From Eledone cirrhosa (lineage: Eukaryota): a stretch of 64,000 nt of DNA. The stretch covers positions 42,780,001 to 42,844,000 of the forward strand of contig OZ024754.1 in NCBI GenBank assembly GCA_964016885.1, in the 5' to 3' direction. Shown piece after piece: positions 12,226 to 26,991 of this stretch (positions are counted from its first letter, which is position 1; each line of letters begins with the position of its first letter). Both the position numbers and the translations under genes were made by a program. A model generated the notes under the pieces. That model ran no database searches, had not been told where the DNA came from, and saw only the letters and a program-made list of their open reading frames with translations.

Positions 12226-12598
12226 TTATATCCATGTAGGAGAACCCCTACCGATGCGCTGAACGAGTGTGACTTTTTAGTCCAGCCAGCGACTTGAAAA
12301 CTCTGGTACAATCACTACACTTGTGACAATTATTGACACATGATGCTGGGTCATGGTACCATAATGCTGGGCCCATGGTACAGGCATTGCTTTATATCTG
12401 GAGATCTCTCTGCACTTGTCATCACATGGTACCATGGGCCCAGCACTATGTGTCAATAATTATCACAAGTGTAGTATTTGTACCAGAGTTTTCAAGTCGC
12501 TGGCTGGACTAAAAAGTCACACTCGTTCAGCGCATCGGTAGGGGTTCTCCTACATGGATATAAAGTAGTGGCCGTACTCGAAAACGAGTTGGCAGCCA

Positions 12599-12600
<2 letters not shown>
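12226..12600 (+). mobile_element. Family E ~200-bp element (12399-12600) preceded by an inverted copy (12226-12360)
   Basis: ~135-bp inverted arms; second copy at 38038-38239; ends ...CTCGAAAACGAG...GGCAGCCACC-(AT)n. Confidence 0.85.
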
Positions 12601-12652
<52 letters not shown>

Positions 12653-12655
12653 GTG

Positions 12656-12720
<65 letters not shown>

Positions 12721-13151
12721 ATATCTATATATTAGTGTGTGTATATTTGTGTGTATGTGTTGCTAGAGTCAGCTGGTTGAAACAACTCATTCCCTAGCAA
12801 ATATCTTCTTATTCCTCGCCAGCTAAATAAATAAAAGAGTCATGTTATTGTGTGAGAGGCGGAACAAGAGATAAGAGACAACATAGTGAGGAATTAAAGA
12901 ATGGTTATTGGCCAGAGATGTCTAGCATCAACTACTTCAAAGTCTGAATATCATGGCAGCACCATTAATAACATTAATGGCAAACAGCAAGAATGTTACA
13001 AACCTATATACGACCTTATATGTAAACGAAACAAAACAAGAAGCAATAAATTAATAAGAAATTATCTGTCTCTCTCTCTGTCTCTCTCTCTCTCTCTCGC
13101 TCCCTCTCTCTCTCTCTCTCTCTCTCTCACTTTCTCTCTCTCTCCCTCTCC

Positions 13152-13184
<33 letters not shown>

Positions 13185-13406
13185 CAATATATGTATATAT
13201 ATACAATATATTAACAAATGGAAACTATATTTATAAAACCATATTTATTTCATTATACATATTTCAAGGGCCACCAGAGCAAACTATGGTGTGCTTTCAT
13301 CAGATAAAATATAATATAGGTTAGTTTTATAAATAAATATTGACATACCCTTAAAAAATGCAACCATTCTGGTTGGAATTTCTTGTTGTATATTTTGCTT
13401 GTTGTA

Positions 13407-13431
13407 TCACAACAAATTAAATATAACCTCT

Positions 13432-13510
<79 letters not shown>

Positions 13511-13534
13511 GAGGTTATATTTAATTTGTTGTGA
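13407..13534. repeat. Perfect 28-bp inverted repeat flanking (TA)n
   Basis: TCACAACAAATTAAATATAACCTCTACA / TGTAGAGGTTATATTTAATTTGTTGTGA. Confidence 0.9.
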
Positions 13535-14545
13535 AGTCTATATAAAAAAGTACCAGTCAAGTACTGGGGTCAATTCTTCCTCCATAGAAAAAACAAAACA
13601 AAAAAAAACCGGCTGTGTCCAGACCTGGAGAGGGTTTGGCTTCGCCAGGTTGAAAAGTCCCCTTGACACACCGTTTGGCGGTATGTCTACGACTCCACAA
13701 GGTTGTCGTTGGTGCTGCCATCACTGTTGTTGTTATTGTTGTTCCTGTTGTTGCTATGGTTGTTGTTGTCATTGTTGTTGTTGTTGTTGTTGATGTTGTT
13801 TTTGTTGTTGTTGTTGTTATGGTCATGTTTGTTAGTTGTTGTTGTTGTCGTTGTCGCTGTCATTGTTGTTGTCGTCGTCGTTGTTGTTGTTGTTGTTGTT
13901 GTTGCTGTTGTTGTTGTCGATGTTGTTGTTGTTGGAAAGTTTTCAGATAATTATAACCAACTTAAAACAAACAGCTTTGTACCGTAGAAGCGGGAGATTT
14001 TCCGGCAGTTTGGTATCAACAGGGTTAATATGTCGGACGGGTTGCGAATTATTTCTACATTGTCCAGCATTTGTTAATTTGTCTGTCAGCCAATCTCGCT
14101 AACATCAGCAGAATGTTCTCTTATCTTGGTTGTCATCGTCGGCAACTTTAAGACAATCCCCACTAAAAACATGGCCGACTCTACATAATCAACGGGGAGC
14201 GGTTATTAAAATGATTTATAGCGTTTGTTTCATCTTTTTATTTCCAGACTTCACCGAACCGCGGCGTTTAAGTCACAGAGACAAAGAGAGAGGGATACAT
14301 ACACGTACATATACGCACACACATACACACACAAACGCGTACACACACACACACGCACGCACACGCACAAACAAACACACAGACACACGTACACACACAC
14401 TCAACACATATACACACAAACACTCAAACACACACACGCATACACATGCACATTCACACACACACAGACTCACACACACATACGCATACAAACAAACACA
14501 CACATACACACTCACACACACACACACACACACACACATACATTG

Positions 14546-15440
14546 ACACTTGTTTACCTGGGCACTGCATTATCAAGGGACGGTTCAGTAGATACAGAAA
14601 TACACCTGAGTATTCGGAAGGCCTCTGTAGACTTCGGAAAACTTGAAAAGAGAGTGTGGGCAGATGATGGCACCAATATCAGACCAAGGTTAGTGTGTAC
14701 AAGGCCTGTATTCTGAGAGTTCTATTGTACTCTTCGGAAACGGGGACAGTACATCGTAGACACCTTAATTTTCTTGAACACTTTAATGAAAAGTGTTTAA
14801 CCCTTTAGCATTTACATTACTCTATATTTACTATTATATTTTCGCGGTAAATGCTTTACCTTACATAATTATCTGACATAATATCGAATCTATGAGATTT
14901 TGATGTTATTTATTTTGAGAACAATACCTTAATATCAGTATGAGTGGCTGGTTACAGCCAGTTTGAACAGAAAGAGGTGAGAGAATTCTGGCCGGATATG
15001 GCCGGTTTAAATGCTAAAGGGTTAAGACGAATCCTAAACATCAAATGGCAGCAAAAAATATCTGACACACAAATCCTTATAGATGTTGGTTGCAAGAGCA
15101 TTGAATCTACCATCAAATGTGTTGGGTAGGCCGTGTTGTGTAGGCTATGTTGGGTAGGCCATGGTGTGTACATGAATGAGGAAAGACTCCCAAAACAACT
15201 ATTTTACAGTCAATTACACACTGGGAAACGTCCCCAGCACAAACCAAGAAAAAAGATATAAGGATTGCATAAAAAACGACCTTAAGGATCTACAGTTTGA
15301 AGTTCAGAACTGGGAAGTGATTGCTTCAAAGAGGGTTGAATGGAGAGGACATGTGAAGGACGGCTGCAGAATGTTTGAAGAGAGACGTTTTGACCAGGAA
15401 AAACTTAAACGCCAGCTTCGAAAAAACCACAGTTTGAACC
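14546..15440 (+). mobile_element. Decayed RTE-type LINE, RT C-terminal region, interrupted by a MITE
   Basis: [35 protein letters not shown] ... LLYSSET ... KCL|RRILNIKWQ ... KRYKDCIKNDLKDL...NWEVIASKRVEWR; frameshifts present. Confidence 0.85.
14801..15021. mobile_element. piggyBac-type MITE, 221 bp
   Basis: 14-bp TIRs CCCTTTAGCATTTA / TAAATGCTAAAGGG, with TTAA on both sides (14797-14800, 15022-15025). Confidence 0.9.
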
Positions 15441-15580
15441 TCAATAAGCATATAGTGAGCTATTTTTTGGTGTAATATGATTGAAATAATTTTATTTTGA
15501 TATTAAACAGTCGTAGACAAAATTTCAAACCGCATTCGCTTAACGTGTAATACTATCTACCGGTGGCAAATCTAGACAGA

Positions 15581-15698
15581 AGGAGCAACATGAACTAAAG
15601 TGTCTTGCTCAAGGAACCTAACGCATCGCCCGGTCCGGGAATCGAACTCACAACCTCACGATTGCGAATCCAATTCTCTAACCACTCAGCCACGCGTC
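15581..15698 (-). mobile_element. tRNA-derived SINE family S2, head
   Basis: Minus strand: GGCTGAGTGGTTAGAGAATTGGATTCGCAATCGTGAGGTTGTGAGTTCGATTCCCGGACC...CCTTGAGCAAGACAC (boxes A and B, CORE-like segment). Confidence 0.8.
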
Positions 15699-15723
15699 TT
15701 CACTAATATATACATATGTGCAT

Positions 15724-15758
<35 letters not shown>

Positions 15759-15813
15759 AATGTATGCACATATGTATATATTAGTGTATATATATATATA
15801 TATATATATATTA

Positions 15814-15855
<42 letters not shown>

Positions 15856-15858
15856 ATA

Positions 15859-15933
<75 letters not shown>

Positions 15934-16301
15934 CACATATGTATATATATATATATATACATATGCATATACATACATATATATATATATACGTACACAA
16001 ACATATAAATGTGTGTGTATATACAAACATATAAATGAATACATGCGTACACACTCCCCGACTAACATATACACCGATGTAACATGTCCACCCTCACCTC
16101 CCAGCCACGACCACCACCAACTAACACTAACACGTGTGTGACATTATAATGTAAGAAGATTCAGTCAGGGCAATTACGTCTCTATGGCAACCAACGAAAC
16201 GTTTATCAAATGATGTTATTTGCTCTGTTTTTTGTTGTTGTTTTTGTTGGGTTTTAAAAATAACTCTTTGTCTTGTTTCTTGTAATCTCTCTCTCTCTCT
16301 C

Positions 16302-16415
<114 letters not shown>

Positions 16416-17126
16416 TCATATATACATGTAAATAGATAGATAGATAGACACTCACGCAAACAATCACACACACGCATATATATATATATATGTGTGTGTG
16501 TTGCGTGTGTGTGTAGATAAATAGATAAACGCACACACACACACACTCTCACACACTCTCACACACACACTCACATATGAAATAATTTCTCCTTGTCTCT
16601 CTGTTTGTTTCATTAAGCCTTCTGTGTGTCGTTCACTTCTGCTAGACAACAGATGTACAAATGTCCAGATCTACAGATGTCGTCTGCTAGACAACAGATC
16701 TACAGATGTCGTCTGTCCAAGAAACACTTAAGAAGATAGTTTCTCAAATAAAAAAGTTGTTGTTGTTGGTGGTGGTGGTGGTGTATGGTGGTGTTAGTGG
16801 TGGTGGTGGTGGTGGTAGTGGTGGTGGTAGTGGTGGTGGTAGTGGTGGTGGTGTAAGGTGATGGTGATGGTGGTGGTGGATTCCGTTCATAGAAGTCTTT
16901 AAAAGTCACACACAAGACTCTTTATATTTTAAAGAATTGTTTTATTGTTTTTTTACTTCGCTTTCCCAATCTCTATTTCTCTCTCCCCGCCCCTCTCTCT
17001 CTATATATATATATGCATATACATACATACAGACATATATATATATATATAAACATACATACAGACATATATATATATATATACATACGTGTGTATATAT
17101 ACATATATCTGTGTGTCATCCTTTGT

Positions 17127-17197
<71 letters not shown>

Positions 17198-17485
17198 ATA
17201 CTCTGTTCGTTGTACTTAACGCGAAACTTTCTACTTGAGCGACCAAAATAACTTGCGTAAGATAGCAAGAAGTCGGTGAAAAACACGTTAAGAGTCTACC
17301 ACGTAGGTAGCCAGATAAACGACTCTTATTTGCACTTAAATAGTAGAAACGAACACGTGTGTACGCATGCGCACCTGCTTGCAACCAGAGTACGTGGCAA
17401 TATCTAGGAGTTCTTTATGCATTTGCGGCGTACATGTTTTTTCTGTGTGTTAGTGCTAGAGTGATCCACCTATCTCCCGCTCTCC

Positions 17486-17518
<33 letters not shown>

Positions 17519-17520
17519 TA

Positions 17521-17566
<46 letters not shown>

Positions 17567-17567
17567 A

Positions 17568-17648
<81 letters not shown>

Positions 17649-17649
17649 A

Positions 17650-17861
17650 GGCATGTAGCTGAGTGGTTAGAGAATTGGATTCACAATCGTGGGGTCGTGA
17701 ATTCTGTTCCCGGACCGGACCATGCGTTATGTCCTTGAGCAAGACACTTTATTTAACGTTGCTCCTTCTACCTGGAGTTGCGACCGATAGATAGTATTAG
17801 CAAATGGAAAGACCAATGGAAACATTGTTTCCTCGGTCCGATTTGACGAAAGTCGATCGAC
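17650..17861 (+). mobile_element. SINE S2, near full length
   Basis: tRNA-like head, TCCTTGAGCAAGACACTT, and tail ...TTTCCTCGGTCCGATTTGACGAAAGTCGATCG, shared with 48270-48447. Confidence 0.8.
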
Positions 17862-17879
17862 TGTCCTATATAATGGAAT

Positions 17880-18118
17880 AAGCAAAGAAAATTTTTTTTC
17901 GCTTCATTAGAAAAGCTAGTGAGTGAATCGTTGCGCTGATTTCGACAATTACCGAAAGAATGGTTCCAGAAAGAGTTAAATCTTTTACATAAGGATTGTA
18001 AAGCTGTTATAACATTCAATGGAGGATATGTTTAGCAGAATAAATAAATTTTAGTTTCAATGTGTTGTGCATTTTCATTTAAAGGATTATTCTAAGGACT
18101 TTATTGCCAGGCCAAGTG
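17880..18118 (+). mobile_element. Mariner-type transposase C-terminal remnant and probable right end
   Basis: FRQLPKEWFQKELNLLHKDCKAVITFNGGYV* resembles the mariner C-terminus; followed by an AT-rich UTR ending at TA repeats. Confidence 0.5.
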
Positions 18119-18123
18119 TATAT

Positions 18124-18235
<112 letters not shown>

Positions 18236-18316
18236 GGAAAATATTATGTCATCCTTTGGCCTCAATATATTTCTATATATGTATATGTATATATTTAGAT
18301 ATACACACACTCACAC

Positions 18317-18372
<56 letters not shown>

Positions 18373-18452
18373 ATATATATATATATACGCATATATACAT
18401 AAGTGTTAATATAATGGCTGTTAATTTATAGAATTATAAATTATAACACACA

Positions 18453-18495
<43 letters not shown>

Positions 18496-19021
18496 TTACA
18501 AAAAGAAAATAATAGTATACATCCTGTATTTTTTTTATTTGTGGATATATAATCTGTTTACCTTAGCAGATCTTTCTTTCCAGACAGGAAGTTGCTAGTC
18601 TTTTGCGGTCTCTTTTGTTTTCCATAGCTTTCACAAGATGGCCGCTGATGAAGAAGTGTTGTAAGATATGTTCAGCACCCAATAACCCTGTTTTTCTCTT
18701 TACTGCACCCGAAAATCTCTTGGAACTGCTTTCGTTGTTATTTCTAATTACGGGTGCAAATTACGGCTAATCACTTATATATGTATGGTTATATATATAT
18801 ATATATGTACATATGTACATATGTATGTACATACACACGCACACACACACACGCACAAACACACACAAATACATATGTAAATATATATATGTACATATGT
18901 ACATATGTATGTACACACACACACACCCACAAACACACACACACACACACACAAATACACATGTATATATATATGTATATATGCATGCATCTATACACAC
19001 ACACATACACCCCCCCATATA

Positions 19022-19055
<34 letters not shown>

Positions 19056-19185
19056 CATTTATGTGTATATATATATGTTTGTATATATATGCATGTCTGT
19101 ATATATATAGATATATGTATATATATTTATATATATATATATATATACATTTTTACATGTTTATATACATATATATATGTATGTT

Positions 19186-19215
<30 letters not shown>

Positions 19216-19218
<3 letters not shown>

Positions 19219-19711
19219 AGGTGCATTATTGGTTGTGTAAAAAGGTCCAATAAATTTATGTTAGCAATATTAAGTTCTCCACGCTTTTGTATATCTCCAA
19301 TTCCATTCAAGGGAACAGCTAGATGATGTAAAACGGAGTATAAGTATCAAAATGAAAATCTGAAGGCAAGGTAAAATTCCAATCATTTAATCACGACACA
19401 TGTTTCAATAAGAGATAGATCGATTGTGAGCCATGATCGATTATCTCTGATCTCATCAGGTGAAAATGAATTGTCTTCAAATTCTTGATATGAGGGAGAA
19501 AAAAAAAACGATGTTCTCTCACAGAATTCATTTCTTCATATGAATTCTGTGAGAGAACATCGTTTTTTTTCTCCCTCATATCAAGAATTTGAAGACAATT
19601 CATTTTCACCTGATGAGATCAGTGATAATCGATCATGGCTCACAATCGATCTATCTCTTATTGAAACATGTGTCGTGATTGGAATTTTACCTTGCCTTCG
19701 GATTTTCATTT

Positions 19712-19714
<3 letters not shown>
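19216..19714 (-). mobile_element. Family F HHR element with ~180-bp fold-back arms, between (TA)n tracts
   Basis: 19345-19530 is the reverse complement of 19540-19714; each arm contains a full HHR. Confidence 0.85.
19391..19463 (-). ncRNA. Hammerhead ribozyme with long stem II (mirror copy at 19606-19678, +)
   Basis: TCAC-CTGATGA-[GAT C AGAGATA ATCGAT loop ATCGAT C TATCTCT T ATT]-GAAA-CATGT-GTC^-GTGA. Confidence 0.8.
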
Positions 19715-19804
<90 letters not shown>

Positions 19805-19810
19805 CATATA

Positions 19811-19910
<100 letters not shown>

Positions 19911-19932
19911 CATATATACATATATTATATAT

Positions 19933-19999
<67 letters not shown>

Positions 20000-20002
<3 letters not shown>

Positions 20003-20245
20003 CGTTAGACGTTTGGTCATAATGTTTGACAACGAATACTGGACACGCAGAGATAGGGAAACCGATTTCGATATAACTATGGGTTCGAGTGACGCGGCCC
20101 AAGTCACGGATCTTGTAGGAACATAGCTCATGCACAACTTTCATCTAGAATTCGCCGACCTCATAGGAGGAATATATAGAGATGATGCTCTTTTACTCAT
20201 TAAAAATTTCAATGGGCAGCAATTGGAAAGAAGAAGGAAAGCTTT
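20000..20245 (+). mobile_element. Penelope-like RT fragment of a second lineage (YRDD type)
   Basis: [71 protein letters not shown]; one stop; flanked by (TA)n. Confidence 0.75.
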
Positions 20246-20267
20246 GTAAACCTTATCAGTCATTTAT

Positions 20268-20392
<125 letters not shown>

Positions 20393-20804
20393 ATGTATGT
20401 ATGTAGACTTACTGAGAGTAATACGTAGTAAAGTATACATTTTGTGAGATAAACTAACCGAATTCATATGAAACATTCAAACTCCACCACCACCAACACT
20501 ACCACCAGCCGCCGCTGCCGCTGCCACCAACACCAACACCACTACCACTACCATCACCACCACCTCTCTCACCACAAACCACCATTCTCCACAACCAACC
20601 GCCTCCATCACCAACCCCCACCAACATTCCTCCCCACCACCACCCCACCAAAGATTACCATTCTACCACAACCCCCCATCACAGACTACCATTTCCTCCT
20701 CTCCATTTTGTTTATTTTCTTTCTGCTTCACCTCCGCCCTCTTCTTATTTCGTGCCAAGTGTCGTTAGAGATTTGGAAATGTCACCAATCATTTGCAATA
20801 CAAA

Positions 20805-21430
20805 CCACCAACACCACCGTCAACACCACTACTACCACCACCACCACCACCACCGTCAACACCACTACTACCACCACCACCACCACCACCGTCAACACCA
20901 TTACCACCACCACCACCACCACCACCGTCAACACCACTACTACCACCACCACTACCACCACCACTACCACCGTCAACACCATTACCACCACCACCACCAC
21001 CACCGTCAACACCATTACCACCACCACCACCAACACCACCGTCAACACCATTACCACCACCACCACCACCACCGTCAACACCACTACCACCACCACCACT
21101 ACCACCACTACCACCACTACCACCACTACTAACAACAATAACACCACTACCACCTCTACCACCACTACCACCGCTACCACCCCCACCACTACCACCACTA
21201 CCACAACTATCACCACTACAACCACTACCACCACTACCACCACCACCACCACCACCACTACCACCACCACCAGTATCACCACTACTACTACTACCACCAC
21301 TACAAACACTACCACCACTACCACGACCACCACTACCACTACCACCACCACCACTACCACCACTACCACCACTACCACCACTACCACCACTACCACTACT
21401 ATTAACAGCAATACCACTACCACAACCACC
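20805..21430. repeat. (ACC/ACT)n trinucleotide tract
   Basis: Direct reading. Confidence 0.9.
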
Positions 21431-21496
21431 TTAAATTTACGAACCTTTTTCTAGCAGACTTGTACGTCTTATGTGTTGGCCGCCATAATAATAATA

Positions 21497-21673
21497 ATAA
21501 TAATTGTTTCTATTTTAGGCACAAGGCCAGCAATTACCCAGTGCATTACTGGTACTTTATTTTATCGACCCCGTAAGGATGAAAGGCAAAGTTAACCTCG
21601 GCGGGATTTGAACTCAGATCATAAAGGGACGTAACTCGTCCGACCCTCTACCGATACTGCCAATCCACCTCCC
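21497..21673 (-). mobile_element. SINE S1
   Basis: Core and tail match the other S1 copies; flanked by (TAA)n. Confidence 0.85.
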
Positions 21674-21711
21674 ATAATAATAATAATAATAATAACAATA
21701 ATAATAATAAT

Positions 21712-22446
21712 ATTCAGAGATCCACAGACATGGAGCTGGTTAAAAAGGGGAAATCTTAAAAAAGCTACAGAAGGAATGCTAATGGCTGCGCAAGAGAAGG
21801 CTAGCTCACTGTGTAGGATCTGTGGAGAGAGAGAGAAGAGAGACTGGCAGACTCACTATAAAAGCTGGAGACATGATGTGATGGGCAGGGTGATCCACTG
21901 GAATTTATGCAAACTAAACAATTTACCACATTCTGAGAAGTGGTATGAACATAAGCCAGAGTCAGTGATAGAAAACGATCAGGTGAAGGTGCTATGGGAT
22001 TTCAGGATACAGACAGACAAGAAATTAGAATACAATAGGCCTGACCTGGTGGGTTTTGACAAGGAAAAATGATCGTGCCTGATTGTAGATGTAGCCTGTC
22101 CCCTTGACACATGAGTGCAAGAAAAGGAGAGACAGAAAATTAACCGATACCAGGATTTAAAGTGGGAATTAAAAAAGTATTTGGGACTGTCATGAGATCA
22201 AGGTCGTCCCGATTGTCATAGGAGCACTAGGTACTATCTCAAAGAGTTTTCAAGGATGGTTAAAGAACATTAGTCCAGCTCCATTTTTTGGGGAACACTT
22301 CAAAAGGCATGCTTGCTGGGAACAGCAAGAACCCTCCGATACGTCCTGAATATCTGAGAGGCTGCAGGTAGCGGCTTGATATTCATTTGAACAAACTTTT
22401 CAGTTAAATAACATCAATGACCGAGACTCGAAGAAAATAAAAAAAG
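21712..22446 (+). mobile_element. 5'-truncated Dong/R4-clade non-LTR retrotransposon (restriction-like endonuclease end)
   Basis: TWSWLKRGNLKKATEGMLMAAQE, CRICG, RHD, WYEHKPESVIENDQVKVLWDF, NRPD..IVDVACP, VVPIVIGALG, LQKACLLGTA; stops and frameshifts; (TAA)n on both sides. Confidence 0.85.
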
Positions 22447-23449
22447 TAATAATAATTTTCAAGTTAAGATGGAATTAATCAGTCTCAGAAAATGGGACTC
22501 TTTGGCACTCCCAGAAGGACAATACTTTTTGCCAATTCCTGATATTAACGTCGCTTAAAATTAATATTACAGATCTTATCTGAATAAACAGAAAAAAAAC
22601 TGTTTAAGTATTTTAATGTCTTTTGTATATAAGTCTTTTTTAAACATCAATTAATTTCTCTCAGTTGACTTAAGAAAATTATGATTTCTCGGGCCTTTGT
22701 GTATATGTGTGAGACTGTATGTCTGTGTGTGTGTGTGTGAGAGAGAGAGAGTATGTTAGTGCGTGTGTGAGTGTGAGTGTGTCTATGTGTGTGTCTATGT
22801 GTGTGTGTGCATGTGTGTATATGTGTGTATGTGAGTGTATGAGTGTATGTGTGTATATGTGTGTATGTGAGTGTATGTGTGAGAGTGTGTATGTGTGTTA
22901 GTGTGTGTGTGTGTGTTAATGCATATGTGTGTATGTGAGTGTATGTGAGTGTATGTGTGTGTGTGTGTATGTGAGTGTATGTGTGTGTGTGTATGTGTGT
23001 ATGTGAGTGTATGTGTGTGTTAATGCATATCTATGAGACTTATGATAGAACAGTCTACACACGTATGTACTCTTAACGTAATTCTCAGGAAGATTCAGCA
23101 TTACAGTGTATTACAGTGACAAAGTCGGTTCTTTGAATTACTGGGACATAACCTTGATAGGTTTCGGCCAGTATTGGCCCAGGTCATGTCTAACTAATTA
23201 TTTATCTGCTCCAGTTGACTCGCCTGGAGCAATGTGAAATAAAGTATCTTGCTCAAGGACATCTCAAGAGATCATAAAATAATATTGATCTCAGCCTAAT
23301 CCCTTAAACCAAGTCACGTGCTATATCTTTCTCTTTCCGGCGATGGCGCCATCTTTGAGATTGGGATGTTGTTATTTCGTACATATGTATATATATATAC
23401 ATATATATATATATGCATACAAATATATATATGTATATATATACATATA

Positions 23450-23544
<95 letters not shown>

Positions 23545-23768
23545 GTACATATGTATACACACACATATATATATATATATAGTTTTTGTTATTGTTATTG
23601 TCTCACATTTATTCTATTTTATTCTATTTTATTTTTAATTGTTATTGTCTCCAATAACTAATTAACTCTCGTGACAACCTATTCCACTAAATATAACAAA
23701 CCTTTGACCATATTGTCAAACACCTCATGTCACAACACTTACTTTACCTTACACCACACCACCACCCG

Positions 23769-24195
23769 CGACACTGCTCCGCCCGTCACCGCTAACCCCG
23801 ACTACACCACCGCTCTCTCTAGATTACTCTCTGCCCCCGCCACAAACCCCTGGTCACTCCACCAACCCCCGACACTGCTCCGCCCTTCACCGCTAACCCC
23901 GACTACACCACCGCTCTCTCTAGATTCTTCTCTGACCCCGCCACAAACCCCTGGTCACTCCACCAACCCCCGACACTGCTCCGCCCTTCTCCGCTAACCC
24001 CGACTACACCACCGCTCTCTCTAGATTACTCTCTGCCCTCCTGCAAACCCCTGGTCACTCCACCAACCCCCGACACTGCTCCGCCCTTCTCCGCTAACCC
24101 CGACTACACCACCGCTCTCTCTAGATTACTCTCTGCCCCACCCAACCCGCCGCACACCCCTGGTCACTTCACCCCTATATCTCGACATTGCTCCT
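23769..24195. repeat. C-rich ~101-bp tandem repeat, ~4 copies
   Basis: CGACACTGCTCCGCCC at 23769, 23870, 23971 and 24071. Confidence 0.9.
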
Positions 24196-24570
24196 TTCCG
24201 CAACCCCACCACTTCATCAATCTATCCCGAGACTGCAGCAACAAGGCCCCCCCCCCCCCCCACCACCCGACCGCTCCGCCACCGCATAGCCCTACCGCAC
24301 CACCACACTACCAGTCCTCCGCCCCGCCGCCCAAAGAACCCGACCACACCACCACCCTTCCCTCTACACTCTACTCATCTCTGTTCTGCACTGCTCCACC
24401 CCCCCCCCCCCAACACCTCCACCGCCCTCTCTAGACTCTGCTCTGCACCGCAACCCCCTCCTCTAGTCCATTTCTCCACTCCACTCCCGACACTGTTCCT
24501 CTCCGCCACGCCATCACTTCACCTCACACATATATATATACATACACACACAGAAACAGACACACACACA

Positions 24571-24640
<70 letters not shown>

Positions 24641-24692
24641 CCTTTTCCGATGTTGTTTTTCCATTGTCTTTGTCCTGTGCACGCTCCCTATT

Positions 24693-24754
<62 letters not shown>

Positions 24755-24757
24755 GTT

Positions 24758-24992
<235 letters not shown>

Positions 24993-25032
24993 GGAGCCCC
25001 CTTCGTATTTTAGTCTTCACATTTATTATTAC

Positions 25033-25063
<31 letters not shown>

Positions 25064-25297
25064 GCGTAACAACATGTGTAAATTACTATATATATATATA
25101 TATATATATACACATACATATACACGCGTAACAACAACATGTGTAAATTGCTAAACAGACATTGACACGGAGTCAGTTAATGAAAGATAAATTTAGTCGG
25201 AGGTTATTGAAGAACAATATTGTGTGATTGTAATGTCGGCATTATCACGTGACCTACGATTGAGTTTGACATAAACCAACAATGGCGAAGAAGGAGA

Positions 25298-25387
<90 letters not shown>

Positions 25388-25495
25388 AAAATATAAAGAC
25401 GTATCAATTGGTGAGTCTTGCTCGAACCATTAACGAATGCCACAAGGGAAATACACACCCCGTATATATATATTATATATATATATATTATATAT

Positions 25496-25785
<290 letters not shown>

Positions 25786-25835
25786 ATATATATATATAAA
25801 TATATATATATATACAATATATATATATATATATA

Positions 25836-26123
<288 letters not shown>

Positions 26124-26140
26124 ATATCTATATATATCAT

Positions 26141-26728
<588 letters not shown>

Positions 26729-26813
26729 TATATAGTTGAAAATGATCGAACAAAACACAGGAGGCAATTGTACACGGTTATATTATGTACCCGCTTGGTG
26801 AAAGTGGAGGAGG

Positions 26814-26849
26814 TTTCAACGTTTCAGACAGAAGTCCTTCATCAGGAAA
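26814..26849 (-). ncRNA. Minimal hammerhead ribozyme, related to family D
   Basis: TTTC-CTGATGA-A-GGAC(TTCT)GTCT-GAAA-C-GTT^-GAAA. Confidence 0.75.
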
Positions 26850-26896
26850 GTTTATCTATGTTGTTGTTGATAGGAGAGAGAGAAAGAGAGAGATAG

Positions 26897-26991
<95 letters not shown>

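Noticed and set aside
17650-17720. SINE heads as tRNA genes
   Set aside because: Cloverleafs are broken and they continue into shared SINE bodies.
18640-18725. CTGATGA at 18645 with GAAA at 18711 as a hammerhead
   Set aside because: Convincing stems I and II could not be built.
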